Below are positions 26,063 through 35,885 of a DNA stretch of 64,000 bases, piece by piece. The DNA is from a virus, in IMG/VR virus record IMGVR_UViG_3300034069_000823, positions 2,090 through 66,089 of that record, one strand, 5' to 3'. The first letter of the stretch is position 1, and each line of letters starts with the position of its first letter. Below the pieces are notes generated by a model. It did not search any database and was not told the DNA's origin. It worked only from the letters and a program-made list of their open reading frames with translations. A program made the translations under genes and the position numbers.

Positions 26063-26381
26063 AATAATTTTTATCTTTATTAATATATATAACTATATTT
26101 GCTATATGATTTAAATGATAACTTTCTTGAGTAACAATATAACCAACAATATTAGGAGAATTAGTGTTAGTTAAAGTAGATATAATTTTAAATCTATCTA
26201 ACTCTTTTGTTATAGTCCAAATATTATTAGATCTAGAATTACTCATAATTAAAGTAATATCTTTCTTATCCCAAATAATAGGACCTAAAATGCTTTTTAG
26301 ATAAGTATTAGGATAAGGTACTTTATCATTACATATAGGTCTATAATATTCTTTAAACATCTCTATACTTATACATTCCAT
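26055..26381 (-). CDS. Hypothetical protein (TGA stop; alternative start 26360)
   Basis: ORF track; stop read as TGA at 26057-26055. Confidence 0.6.
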   Translation of the reverse strand: MECISIEMFKEYYRPICNDKVPYPNTYLKSILGPIIWDKKDITLIMSNSRSNNIWTITKELDRFKIISTLTNTNSPNIVGYIVTQESYHLNHIANIVIYINKDKNYYE

Positions 26382-26979
26382 CAGTTCTATAATTATAATT
26401 TTTAATTAATACCCACATATTATTTTTAACTTTAGATTCTCTTAATTCTATTACATATTTTATACCCTTTTCTTTATTACTATAAATAGTAGTACTTATA
26501 TTTTCATCTATATAAGAACACTCTTGTATAAATCCATTAAGTTTTAAAATATCTTCAATATCTATTTTATTAAAATTTAAAGAAGTATAATTAAGATCAG
26601 CACCTTCGTCTTTAATAAAGTCTTCTGTAATCATATAGTTTAAATGTTTATTACGAGTCTTACTATATAATTTCTTTAAAAAGTCTCTTATTGAAGATTC
26701 TTTATTATATCTTGTAAGATACTTAAGAACATTTTCCCATAAATCAATATATACTCTATCCTTAAATTCTTTATATAATTTATTAGAATTATATGTTCTC
26801 TTATCTATACGAGTAACATTTGAAAATATACAATAATTTTCATACTGACTTAAAATAAATACTCTTACACTTAAATTTATATATGATCTATATGGATTTA
26901 TTTTTTCTTCTATAAAAAGATTTAGTTCTCCTCCAGATATATTATCTAATAAATTTAGTACTGTTTCTCTTAAATCCAT
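26353..26979 (-). CDS. Hypothetical protein, 208 aa
   Basis: ORF track, tight packing. Confidence 0.65.
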   Translation of the reverse strand: MDLRETVLNLLDNISGGELNLFIEEKINPYRSYINLSVRVFILSQYENYCIFSNVTRIDKRTYNSNKLYKEFKDRVYIDLWENVLKYLTRYNKESSIRDFLKKLYSKTRNKHLNYMITEDFIKDEGADLNYTSLNFNKIDIEDILKLNGFIQECSYIDENISTTIYSNKEKGIKYVIELRESKVKNNMWVLIKNYNYRTDGMYKYRDV

Positions 26980-26980
26980 A

Positions 26981-27880
26981 TTATATTAAATTTAATTTTT
27001 TAAATTCTTCATATAAAGGTAATGCTAATTCTTTAGCTTGAGTGTGTGGTTGTCCTGTAGTTCCTAAGGCTCTAAGGTCAAAGAAATGTTTCCAATCAGA
27101 TACAAAACCTGTCATAATTAATTCAGTTTTAAGAGAATTAGGTAATACAGATCTAGCCTGTTGAGGTGTCCATCCATTGTCTAATAGAGTTAAATAGTTA
27201 GACTCTGACCAAGCAATACTTTGTAAAAAGTTACTAGCATCATTCCATTCTGAAGATTGAAATTTATCTATATTTTCATTATAGTTTAACTTTTCTAAAT
27301 TTCCAAATTCATCTGCTAGTTCATTATAGTCTAGCCAACAGGGTAGTATAAAAGTTAATTCATTTCCAAATTTATTCTTACTATAATTACAATATCTAGT
27401 AGATTCTTGTGCAAAGCTAAATGCTCTATGTCTTACAAATTCATTAGCTACACCTCTATCACAAATAAATTGAACAGAAACTCTTTTTTCATGCTTTTCA
27501 GTTGGTTCAGTACTATATTTTAAATCTTTTAACCAACCATTTTCTACTAATACTCTTAAATTAGTAGTAATACAAACGTCTCCTCCTTTATATGTAGTAG
27601 GAATAAAAACTTTAGTATATTTATTATAACAATATTTTTTATATTTGTTAGATTCAGGATCTAAATAATTTTCTTTTCTTTCTTTATCTATAGTTAAATA
27701 AATAGTACCATGTTCTAACATAGCATAATGATTATTTTTAATCATTTTTTCTACAAAACCTTCAGCAGAGTTTTCATTTATTTTATCTTCACTTTTATAA
27801 CATGTTCTTCCTGCTATTTCAATCATTTTTTTATAATCATCTGTGTGAAGTATTTCAAAACTAGGTTTAATTAATCTCAT
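26981..27880 (-). CDS. thyX: Flavin-dependent thymidylate synthase
   Basis: ThyX signature EFVRHRAFSFAQESTRY, plus AGRTCYKS and ARSVLPN. Start MRLIKPSF at 27880 is preferred because another ORF ends at 27891. Confidence 0.93.
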   Translation of the reverse strand: MRLIKPSFEILHTDDYKKMIEIAGRTCYKSEDKINENSAEGFVEKMIKNNHYAMLEHGTIYLTIDKERKENYLDPESNKYKKYCYNKYTKVFIPTTYKGGDVCITTNLRVLVENGWLKDLKYSTEPTEKHEKRVSVQFICDRGVANEFVRHRAFSFAQESTRYCNYSKNKFGNELTFILPCWLDYNELADEFGNLEKLNYNENIDKFQSSEWNDASNFLQSIAWSESNYLTLLDNGWTPQQARSVLPNSLKTELIMTGFVSDWKHFFDLRALGTTGQPHTQAKELALPLYEEFKKLNLI

Positions 27881-27890
27881 AATATCTTTT

Positions 27891-28052
27891 TTAAATTTCT
27901 TCAATATAATCTATTGTAACTTCATTTCCATAAGTAGCTCTTATTTTTTCACAAATTCTTTCATTTATGACTTCTTGAGGTGTGTTTTTATCTACTTCAA
28001 TTTTTTCACTACCTGACAAAGAAAAAACAAATTTAATCTCTTTATTATTCAT
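27891..28052 (-). CDS. Small hypothetical protein, 53 aa (not in track)
   Basis: Hand-translated MNNKEIKFVFSLSGSEKIEVDK...IDYIEEI; fills the gap exactly. Confidence 0.6.
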   Translation of the reverse strand: MNNKEIKFVFSLSGSEKIEVDKNTPQEVINERICEKIRATYGNEVTIDYIEEI

Positions 28053-28072
28053 ATTTATCTTTTTCAAGTGTT

Positions 28073-28297
28073 TTAACTTTCATAAAACTCTACATCTTCT
28101 ACATCTATATTATGAACATCTAATTGATGTTGTTTTATTTTATTAACAATAGTTTCATAAACATCTTTATTATTATAATTTTTTATAACAGATAATTTAC
28201 CACTATAAATTACAGTAGCTACATATTCTACTTCTACTAATTCTTCATTAAAAGGAGCAGAGGGATCATTCTCTGCCCCTAAAGGGTATCTACTCAT
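28073..28297 (-). CDS. Hypothetical protein with YPxGAxNDPxAPFNE N-terminus
   Basis: ORF track; motif resembles one seen in Bacteroidota phages. Confidence 0.65.
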   Translation of the reverse strand: MSRYPLGAENDPSAPFNEELVEVEYVATVIYSGKLSVIKNYNNKDVYETIVNKIKQHQLDVHNIDVEDVEFYES

Positions 28298-28300
28298 AAC

Positions 28301-28642
28301 TTAATATTTATCTTTATTTTTAGAAGTTAATTTATACTCTATATAACCATCATATTCTAATAATTTATTATCTATAATAGTTATCTTCCATGTATCACCA
28401 GGATCTTCTCCTGCTCCTATTATTTCTATATTTATTTTATTAGAATACTTAGTGAAAAATACCTGTACTATAGATTCTTGAATTTCACTAGTCCATTTAC
28501 AATTAAAGTAATCATACTCAATACCTAAAGATTCTTTCTCATCTATTTCTTTTATAAATTTTTCAAATAATTCTCTTTCTTCTATTGTAACACTATCACC
28601 TTTTTTTACTAGGTTAATAATTATATCTGAATAATATCCCAT
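28301..28642 (-). CDS. Hypothetical protein (MGYYSD...GEDPGDTW type)
   Basis: ORF track. Confidence 0.65.
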   Translation of the reverse strand: MGYYSDIIINLVKKGDSVTIEERELFEKFIKEIDEKESLGIEYDYFNCKWTSEIQESIVQVFFTKYSNKINIEIIGAGEDPGDTWKITIIDNKLLEYDGYIEYKLTSKNKDKY

Positions 28643-28644
28643 AT

Positions 28645-29016
28645 TTAAATTTTTTTTAAAATTAATTGTTCAGCAGTACTTTTCAATATACATACTTTAT
28701 TAGCTAAACTTCCTAAATTAGTTTCTCCTTTATTTTTTAATATTGTATAAATATTATTATCTATTTCATAATTATAAGCTAATACATCCCATTTAGTACA
28801 TAATACTAAATTATCTTTATGAATAGTACTTTTTAATTTGCCTATATTATTAAGATGTTCATCTTCTTTATAAGCAATTACTAGATCTTTAATTTTAAAA
28901 TTAGATTTAATTATTCCTAATTCTCTATTAGATACAAATTGCTTAAAAAATAGATTGTAAGCCTCTATTCCATTTAAAGAAAGAGACTCACATTCCTTAT
29001 AAGTTAAATAAGACAT
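28645..29016 (-). CDS. Hypothetical protein, 123 aa
   Basis: ORF track; TAATG overlap with the upstream gene. Confidence 0.65.
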   Translation of the reverse strand: MSYLTYKECESLSLNGIEAYNLFFKQFVSNRELGIIKSNFKIKDLVIAYKEDEHLNNIGKLKSTIHKDNLVLCTKWDVLAYNYEIDNNIYTILKNKGETNLGSLANKVCILKSTAEQLILKKI

Positions 29017-30071
29017 TATTTAATATTTATTATTACTACTCTATTTAAAATAGGATCTGAGAAAGGTTGTTCATAATCTCCATAAGAAATTATATTAGTA
29101 TTACTAACTCCTTTTGATTTTAAATAATCTCTAACTGCAATAGCTCTTTTAGTAGCTAGTAAATAATTATATTCAGAAGATCCAGTTTCTTTATCAGCAT
29201 AACCACTAATAGTTACACCTGCTACAGAATCTTTTACATACTTAACAATTAAATCTAAGGCAGCTAACTGAGTTTCTTCTAATTCACTAGAGTTTAAAGA
29301 AAAACCAATAGCTGTATTTAAAATAGGAGAATCTACCTCTTGAATAATTGTGATTTCTTGAGTAGAATCTTTTTCTAATCTACTTAATTCTATAGACAAT
29401 TCTTTTATTTTATTATTTTTAGATACAATTGTATTATGTAAGTCATTTATACTATTATTTAGAGAATCTATATCTTGTTGAGAATAGTAACTACCATAAC
29501 TAAAATGAGATCCTAATTTATATGTAATACCTCCTTTTAAGCTAATATAAGAGTTATCTAGTTTACCATATTTGGTTAGATAAGTATAATCTGAAATTAC
29601 ATTAAGTTGAATTCTATTTGACAGATTAAAATCAAAAGAAAGACCTCCTTTTAGAGATACACTATTTTGAACATAATCACCATAAGTATGATACCAACCT
29701 GGTCCTACAAAAGCTACTAATTCAAAGAACCTTGGAAAACCTTTGTAACCTGCTATAAGATTACTTAAATTCATAGTAGCATTTAATGATACATTAGTAC
29801 TATTAAAAGCAGTTCTTTTAGATTCTCCTGTTATAGCTTCTACATCTAATTCTCCACCAAATATAGGAGTTATATTATTTCCTGCCTTAACTCCTACAAT
29901 AGGATTAAATGTTCTCCATGTAAAGTGGTTATTTTTAAGATCCCAAGATTCTCCTCCATTTAATTGAATATAAGTATTATCTATAAACTTAGAATCATTT
30001 AATTTATTTACTTGAGCATTTAATGCTAAACTTCCTAATAAAACTGCTAAACTTAATACTATTTTTTTCAT
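29016..30071 (-). CDS. OmpA-family outer membrane protein (signal peptide, beta-barrel, coiled coil, peptidoglycan-binding domain)
   Basis: Signal MKKIVLSLAVLLGSLALNAQ; amphipathic strands ending YISLKGGITYKLG; OmpA_C motif GYADKETGSSEYNYLLATKRAIAVRDYL...NRVVII. Confidence 0.88.
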   Translation of the reverse strand: MKKIVLSLAVLLGSLALNAQVNKLNDSKFIDNTYIQLNGGESWDLKNNHFTWRTFNPIVGVKAGNNITPIFGGELDVEAITGESKRTAFNSTNVSLNATMNLSNLIAGYKGFPRFFELVAFVGPGWYHTYGDYVQNSVSLKGGLSFDFNLSNRIQLNVISDYTYLTKYGKLDNSYISLKGGITYKLGSHFSYGSYYSQQDIDSLNNSINDLHNTIVSKNNKIKELSIELSRLEKDSTQEITIIQEVDSPILNTAIGFSLNSSELEETQLAALDLIVKYVKDSVAGVTISGYADKETGSSEYNYLLATKRAIAVRDYLKSKGVSNTNIISYGDYEQPFSDPILNRVVIINIK

Positions 30072-30111
30072 ATTTATTTTACTTTATTATTTTTTAATTA
30101 ATTTGTAATTT

Positions 30112-30345
30112 TTAATCTTCTATATCAAATGCGATATAAAATTTACTTTCAATATCATCATATGCATTATTAAATATATCTTGATACTTTTCTTTATATA
30201 TACTAGGATCTTTTTCATCTTGTAGATCAGGTATAATAGTATTACCTCTATCATCTTCATATGATACTTCATCCATAAGACATTTTTCTGCTAGTTGACA
30301 CATCATTTCCATAAGAAATGACTTTTGATTATCAGTTAATTTCAT
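30112..30345 (-). CDS. Small acidic hypothetical protein
   Basis: ORF track, 77 aa. Confidence 0.6.
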   Translation of the reverse strand: MKLTDNQKSFLMEMMCQLAEKCLMDEVSYEDDRGNTIIPDLQDEKDPSIYKEKYQDIFNNAYDDIESKFYIAFDIED

Positions 30346-30357
30346 AAGATTTATAAT

Positions 30358-30630
30358 TTAATTATTTATTTCAACTATTAATAATTTATCTAAACAATTC
30401 ATTGCTTGATTACTTGACATTGTATCAGAAATAATATTACCATTTGACTTTTTACATTCAAATGTCATTTCAGGTGCATATAATCCTGCTGAAGTACGAG
30501 TTATCCTTTTTAAATGAGTAGTAATAGTAAATTTATCTCCAACTTCTAAGTCCTTAAAGAATTTAGCTTTTGTAGATTTTAATACTTCTTTAACTTCAAA
30601 TACATTAGATTTTAATTCTATTTTATTCAT
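30358..30630 (-). CDS. Hypothetical protein, 90 aa
   Basis: ORF track; ATGA overlap with the kinase gene. Confidence 0.65.
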   Translation of the reverse strand: MNKIELKSNVFEVKEVLKSTKAKFFKDLEVGDKFTITTHLKRITRTSAGLYAPEMTFECKKSNGNIISDTMSSNQAMNCLDKLLIVEINN

Positions 30631-31337
30631 TTTTCTTGTATATAATTTAATTTCAACATTATATTTTTAACTTGCTTTATTAGTTCTTCTATACTTTTAT
30701 TATTATCAATAATAAAATCGAAGTTATTAAACTTATCTAATTCAACTTCACTTCTATGAGTATCAGAATCTTTAGATATTCTTTCTACTTTTATTACTTT
30801 ACCTCCTTTACTTTTAATAGCTTTTACTTCATTTAAAAATCTAACATCTGTTATTAACCAGTAAGGATACTCAAATACTTTACTACTCTTTGTACACCTT
30901 AGATCAACATAAGTAGGTATAAATCTTTTATACTCTGAAAATAAAGCATTAATCCAGATATTCTCATGAAAATGATTTCTAAACACATCAGTTCCTAATT
31001 TTTGTAAACACTCTCTGTAAGTAAAATTCATTTCTTCAGATACTTTTAGATTTTTAAAGTTTTCATCTTCTAAATCTACTTTTGTACATCCAAAAATAAG
31101 ACAAACTATTTCTTTTAATTTATCTGAAAATGCTTTACATTCCCAAGAAGAACTACTTTTAATAAATTTAGATGTATTTACATATTCTAGACTTAGGTAA
31201 TATTTTACATAAGATATATCACTACCAAAATACTCATATAAAGTATTATTTTCATTGTGATATACATCTAAACATTGCCAAATATCAGCAACTGTATTTT
31301 TACCTGATTGTTTTTTTCCACTAATTCCTATAATCAT
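30627..31337 (-). CDS. Deoxynucleoside monophosphate kinase (TGA stop)
   Basis: P-loop IIGISGKKQSGKNT; RECLQKLGTDVFR; ITDVRFLNE; HRSE motif. Confidence 0.85.
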   Translation of the reverse strand: MIIGISGKKQSGKNTVADIWQCLDVYHNENNTLYEYFGSDISYVKYYLSLEYVNTSKFIKSSSSWECKAFSDKLKEIVCLIFGCTKVDLEDENFKNLKVSEEMNFTYRECLQKLGTDVFRNHFHENIWINALFSEYKRFIPTYVDLRCTKSSKVFEYPYWLITDVRFLNEVKAIKSKGGKVIKVERISKDSDTHRSEVELDKFNNFDFIIDNNKSIEELIKQVKNIMLKLNYIQEK

Positions 31338-31346
31338 TTTGTTTAT

Positions 31347-31967
31347 TTATTTAAAGTATAACAAAGTAGAACTATTTACTTTTATTTCTGGTTGTACAAT
31401 TTTATTAGTGTAACAAAGACCCCAAAATTTCATTTTATAAAAAGGAGGAGTTAATATATGATAGCCATTTACAGTAGGAATAATTTTTATAAATTGAAAA
31501 TTATCTTTTAAAAGAGATTCTAAAATTTCTAGATAATTTTCATAACTATCAAATCTATTATCTACATCTAAAATCCATATATTTTTATTAATTATACTTT
31601 CAGAAGATCCGCAAGCATGTAAAAAATTTCTAGAAATAGCTTTATAATTACCTTCAGTAAAATCACTTATAGACTTAGTAAGAGTTAATTTAGAAGCTTT
31701 AATATAACTCCTCTTATTTACATTAATATAAGCTCTAGCATTAAAAGTCTCACACATTAATTTTATTTTTTCCTCATAATAAGAAAGATTTTTACTTATA
31801 TCTATTAAAAAATGACTTATAAGATTATCTTTTTTATTATTTGAAACATTTTCATTTCCATCTTTCTTTCTTCTTATTATTTGTACAAAATAAAATTCAT
31901 CAGAAGATTCAAGAGGATGTAGATTAATACAATCCTCAATTAATTTAAAATTATCTATCTTACTCAT
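31347..31967 (-). CDS. Archaeo-eukaryotic primase (AEP)-like protein
   Basis: WILDVD (hhhDxD) and PTVNGYH (TxxGxH) match AEP motifs I and II. Confidence 0.45.
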   Translation of the reverse strand: MSKIDNFKLIEDCINLHPLESSDEFYFVQIIRRKKDGNENVSNNKKDNLISHFLIDISKNLSYYEEKIKLMCETFNARAYINVNKRSYIKASKLTLTKSISDFTEGNYKAISRNFLHACGSSESIINKNIWILDVDNRFDSYENYLEILESLLKDNFQFIKIIPTVNGYHILTPPFYKMKFWGLCYTNKIVQPEIKVNSSTLLYFK

Positions 31968-31971
31968 AAAT

Positions 31972-32133
31972 TTATTGATTTACTATTTTACCCCAAGACA
32001 TATCCATAGGTATTATTTTTATATTTAAAGACTTCTCTAAAGAAGTTCTTACTTGATTTTGAATTACTTCTATATCTTCTTTTAAATCTTCTGCAATATT
32101 TGCAAAAACTATATCTAATTCATTTTGAGTCAT
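31972..32133 (-). CDS. Small hypothetical protein, 53 aa (not in track)
   Basis: Hand-translated MTQNELDIVFANIAEDLKEDIEVIQNQ...SWGKIVNQ; fills the gap. Confidence 0.55.
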   Translation of the reverse strand: MTQNELDIVFANIAEDLKEDIEVIQNQVRTSLEKSLNIKIIPMDMSWGKIVNQ

Positions 32134-32329
32134 ATTTTAAAAGTTTATTATCTAATTCCTTAATATATTTATTCAATTCTTTTTTAGAATTCATTTTAAT
32201 ATGTATAGGATTCTTATCCCCTGAAATAATTAAAGAAATGTACCATGAATTAGTAGAAATTTTCTTTAATTCAGAGTATCTTTTTATAGTAGATAATTTA
32301 TATCTAACATCTTTTATTTTTATAAACAT
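32120..32329 (-). CDS. Small hypothetical protein (TGA stop)
   Basis: ORF track, 69 aa. Confidence 0.6.
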   Translation of the reverse strand: MFIKIKDVRYKLSTIKRYSELKKISTNSWYISLIISGDKNPIHIKMNSKKELNKYIKELDNKLLKYDSK

Positions 32330-32344
32330 AATTTTAAATTTTTT

Positions 32345-34477
32345 TTAGTGAATCCAATGATCTCCTATTGAGTACTTTGCAGGTATAGGTAAACTTTTAC
32401 AGTACTTATTAGCAGTTTCTTCCATTTTATTTTGAAGTAATTTAGGAAAAGTATCTTTTAATTCTTTAGGAAATTCCCAATTCGCCTCATCATGAGTTAG
32501 ATTATTGAGAAGAATTTTACCAAAATATCCATTAATAACTACCCATCTAAATACATTAACTTGAGATTCTTTAAGAATAATAGTTCCAGTTCCTTGAGTT
32601 ACAGAATTAAGAGATTTTCTATCCCACTTAGATGCCTTTTTAAAATATTCAGATACTTTAGTTGCAACTTCATCACCAGTACCTTTATGATATAATCTAT
32701 AATTTTCCCAGAATTGTTGATCAAAAGAAGCTCCTATAGCTTTCCACTTTTCCCAATCATGCCAATAAGTTTTATGTCCTGTTATAGGATTAAGTAATAT
32801 ATATCCATTTTCTCTTACAGATTTAGAAGAATTCTTTTTAAATTTAGCAATTCCTTTAAAACCATTATTATAAGCATCTGCAATTCTTTGAGCTTCTTCA
32901 AGACTACATCCCATAGCATTTTGAATAGCATAAGCAGTTCCACCAAATTGTTGAGAAAATCCTATAGGTTTAGCTCTCTTTCTAAATTCTGGAAAATCTC
33001 TTTCTATTTCTTCAGCTGTGTGTCCTCTTACTTCTTCAAAACAAAAACTAGCTACTAGACTATGCATATCTCCAGTACCATGCAAAAACTCATTAATCAT
33101 TGCTTGTTCTTCATATATATCAGCTCCTAATCTTGATTCTATTGCACTATAATCACAAGATACCCATAAATTACCTTTTTCTGCAACAAAACAAGATCTT
33201 GTAATTTTATCACTAGGAAGTTGTTGCATATTAGGATAAGAACATTTTAATTTTTTGTCTTTTTTTTTAGTAATTTTTATAGGAAGGTTTTTAAGTTTAG
33301 CCAGATCTGTATTAATCTGTTTACTACCAGAAGCCATTCTTGAAGTATCTGCTCCTAATTGTCTATATACAGTATGAATTCTTCCTGTCTTAGGATTAAT
33401 AGCATTAAGATGACCTTGACCAAAAGAAGATACTAGTTTTGCCATACCCTGATGTCCTGGAAAATAGTCTTCTTTACCTTCTTCTCCTTTTCCAAGATAT
33501 AATCTTAAAAATTCATCATCAATTCCCTTTTGTTTTTTAAGATGATCCTCAATTACAGTATCTTTATCTTCTCCTGTTTTTTTGTCTTGAATAGAAGTAT
33601 TAAATCCTAGTATTTTTGCAATTTTTATAACTTGAACAGGACTGGACCATAAAACTTTACATTTAAGATCTAAATTAAATCCATTAAATAAATCTCCTTG
33701 ACTATCAGTATAGGTATACTTCTTTTTTAATTTAGGATGATTTATAACAAAATTATCTAAAGCTTCTTTAGCTTCATTTAGATTTTGTAAATCTTTATCC
33801 ATTTTTTTCTTCCAAGCATTAACATCAAGTTTAATTCCACACCATTCCATGTAAGATACAACAGGAACAAAATCACATTCTAATTTAGCTCCTAATAAAC
33901 AATTATTTTTTTTACACTTTTCTAATTGTTTTTCCATAATATCTTCTAGATATTTTACATCATTGGCAGCATAAATAATAACTGAAGTGTCTAAACCCCT
34001 CCATATAATTTCTCCTCTTATTTCTTTATCTAAATCTATATTTAAATATCTTTTAGCTATTGCCTGAAGAGAATAACTTATACCTTTTCCAGTTTGAGGA
34101 TTATAATGAGGATAACCTAAATGTAATAATTGCTCTACAATCATAGTATCATACACTTTTAAAGGTACTATATTGTAGTTATACAAGAATTGTAAATCAA
34201 ATTTAAGATTCTGACCTATTAATACTTTTGTTTCTAATACTTCTTTATATAATTTAATATCAATAGTGGTAGTATCTACCACTATTTGAATATCTTCTTT
34301 TTTATTACCAAATTGAATACATAATATATCAGTAAGATGAGGATCTCTTCCTGTAGTTTCACTATCATACTGTATAGATTTCCAAGAATTTAATATTTCT
34401 AAAGACTCCTCAACTGATAATAATTTATAATATTCATTTTCAAATAATTGTTTTTGATTAGTTACAAGATATATCAT
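32345..34477 (-). CDS. polA: Family A DNA polymerase with 3'-5' exonuclease domain
   Basis: Exo motifs YDSET, GQNLKFD and YAANDV; polymerase motif A CDYSAIESR, motif B RKRAKPIGFSQQFGG, motif C THDE. Confidence 0.93.
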   Translation of the reverse strand: MIYLVTNQKQLFENEYYKLLSVEESLEILNSWKSIQYDSETTGRDPHLTDILCIQFGNKKEDIQIVVDTTTIDIKLYKEVLETKVLIGQNLKFDLQFLYNYNIVPLKVYDTMIVEQLLHLGYPHYNPQTGKGISYSLQAIAKRYLNIDLDKEIRGEIIWRGLDTSVIIYAANDVKYLEDIMEKQLEKCKKNNCLLGAKLECDFVPVVSYMEWCGIKLDVNAWKKKMDKDLQNLNEAKEALDNFVINHPKLKKKYTYTDSQGDLFNGFNLDLKCKVLWSSPVQVIKIAKILGFNTSIQDKKTGEDKDTVIEDHLKKQKGIDDEFLRLYLGKGEEGKEDYFPGHQGMAKLVSSFGQGHLNAINPKTGRIHTVYRQLGADTSRMASGSKQINTDLAKLKNLPIKITKKKDKKLKCSYPNMQQLPSDKITRSCFVAEKGNLWVSCDYSAIESRLGADIYEEQAMINEFLHGTGDMHSLVASFCFEEVRGHTAEEIERDFPEFRKRAKPIGFSQQFGGTAYAIQNAMGCSLEEAQRIADAYNNGFKGIAKFKKNSSKSVRENGYILLNPITGHKTYWHDWEKWKAIGASFDQQFWENYRLYHKGTGDEVATKVSEYFKKASKWDRKSLNSVTQGTGTIILKESQVNVFRWVVINGYFGKILLNNLTHDEANWEFPKELKDTFPKLLQNKMEETANKYCKSLPIPAKYSIGDHWIH

Positions 34478-34478
34478 A

Positions 34479-34781
34479 TTACTTCTTTATTAATTCCATA
34501 ATATAAGTTTCTTTTTCCTCTTTATAATGAATCTTTTTAATAATATAATTAGGATTATTAGGTACTGATTTTCCTTCAGTAAATATTAATCCCCAATTAA
34601 TCATTTTAACACTAAAATTATTATCTATACCTTCATAAGATACTAAAGTAGGAGACTTATCTCCTACTAAAATAGCTACATTAGATATAATATTTTTAGC
34701 ATCTAAAAGAAACTTTAATTTTAAATTAAAAGAATTATCCTTACATAATAATAATTCTTTAATAGTATTTGTTTTATCCAT
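34479..34781 (-). CDS. Hypothetical protein, 100 aa
   Basis: ORF track. Confidence 0.6.
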   Translation of the reverse strand: MDKTNTIKELLLCKDNSFNLKLKFLLDAKNIISNVAILVGDKSPTLVSYEGIDNNFSVKMINWGLIFTEGKSVPNNPNYIIKKIHYKEEKETYIMELIKK

Positions 34782-34792
34782 AATTAATAGAA

Positions 34793-35323
34793 TTACTTTT
34801 TAACCCAAACCACTAGTTTATCAAAATCTAAGACCCATTTAGCTTTACTAAAAAATTCAGATCCTAATAGACCTATTACATCTACTTTAGCAGCTTTACT
34901 AATTTGAGATCTTAAAGATTCCCAACTAGTCATTAAACTAAAAGGTTCAGTAAATTTATCTTTATTTATAGATATAGTTTCTCTAATAACCTGATAAGAT
35001 TCTTGACTTTCTCCTTCAATTCCTGATATTTTATTATTACCTACTATCTCTAGAAGTTCATCTTCTTTTACAAGACTTTTCATAGCCTTGAAAGAAATAG
35101 CATTAATATTAGCACCAGAATCTAATAAAAAATGTTTATACTTACCTCTAATTTTCAATTTAATTAAAGGGTAATCAGTATTTTCAAATCCTACTTTATT
35201 AAAGTCTATTTTGTACTTATAATCTATACTATTGGATTTATTTAATTTTTTAACTATAAAATAAAATCCTACAAGTATCAAAAGAATTACTCCTATTATC
35301 CATAATATTATTGCTATTCCCAT
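34793..35323 (-). CDS. Membrane-anchored retropepsin-like aspartic protease
   Basis: N-terminal TM helix; FLLDSGANINAI catalytic motif and C-terminal GLLGSEFF motif. Confidence 0.8.
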   Translation of the reverse strand: MGIAIILWIIGVILLILVGFYFIVKKLNKSNSIDYKYKIDFNKVGFENTDYPLIKLKIRGKYKHFLLDSGANINAISFKAMKSLVKEDELLEIVGNNKISGIEGESQESYQVIRETISINKDKFTEPFSLMTSWESLRSQISKAAKVDVIGLLGSEFFSKAKWVLDFDKLVVWVKK

Positions 35324-35345
35324 TTATTATTCATTTTTTATTTAT

Positions 35346-35864
35346 TTAATTTCCTGTACTACCAAAACCTCCTGTACCTCTTTCTGAATCTAATAATGTT
35401 TCTGATTCTATTAATTCTATATTAGGATAAGGTATTATAATCAATTGGCATATTCTATCTTTTAATTTATAAACCTTTAAATTAGTTATTATAAAGTCAT
35501 AATAATCCCTTTTATTTAAATAAACTGGTATAATACCTTTTTCTATATTTAAACCTTCTTTATGTACTTTTACATAACTAGGAAGTAACTTAAATTTAGC
35601 TACAATTTCTCCTCTATAACCAGAATCTATTACTCCTACACAATTAGTTAACTGCAAATTATATTTACTAATACTACTTCTAGGAAATATTAAACCTACA
35701 TATCCTTTAGGTATTTCTATTGCAATTCCTGTTGTATATACTATACATTTTGTTTCTTCCTCATAATAAGCTCCAGTTGCTACAAGATCTAATCCTGCAT
35801 CACCTTCTTTAGCATATTTAGGAATAATTACATCCTCAAACAATTTTTTAATTTTTACTTTCAT
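35346..35864 (-). CDS. dut: Trimeric dUTPase
   Basis: AGLDL, RSSI, GVIDSGYRGEI, RICQL and RGTGGFGSTG motifs. Confidence 0.95.
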   Translation of the reverse strand: MKVKIKKLFEDVIIPKYAKEGDAGLDLVATGAYYEEETKCIVYTTGIAIEIPKGYVGLIFPRSSISKYNLQLTNCVGVIDSGYRGEIVAKFKLLPSYVKVHKEGLNIEKGIIPVYLNKRDYYDFIITNLKVYKLKDRICQLIIIPYPNIELIESETLLDSERGTGGFGSTGN

Positions 35865-35885
35865 ATTATTTTATTTAATTTATTA

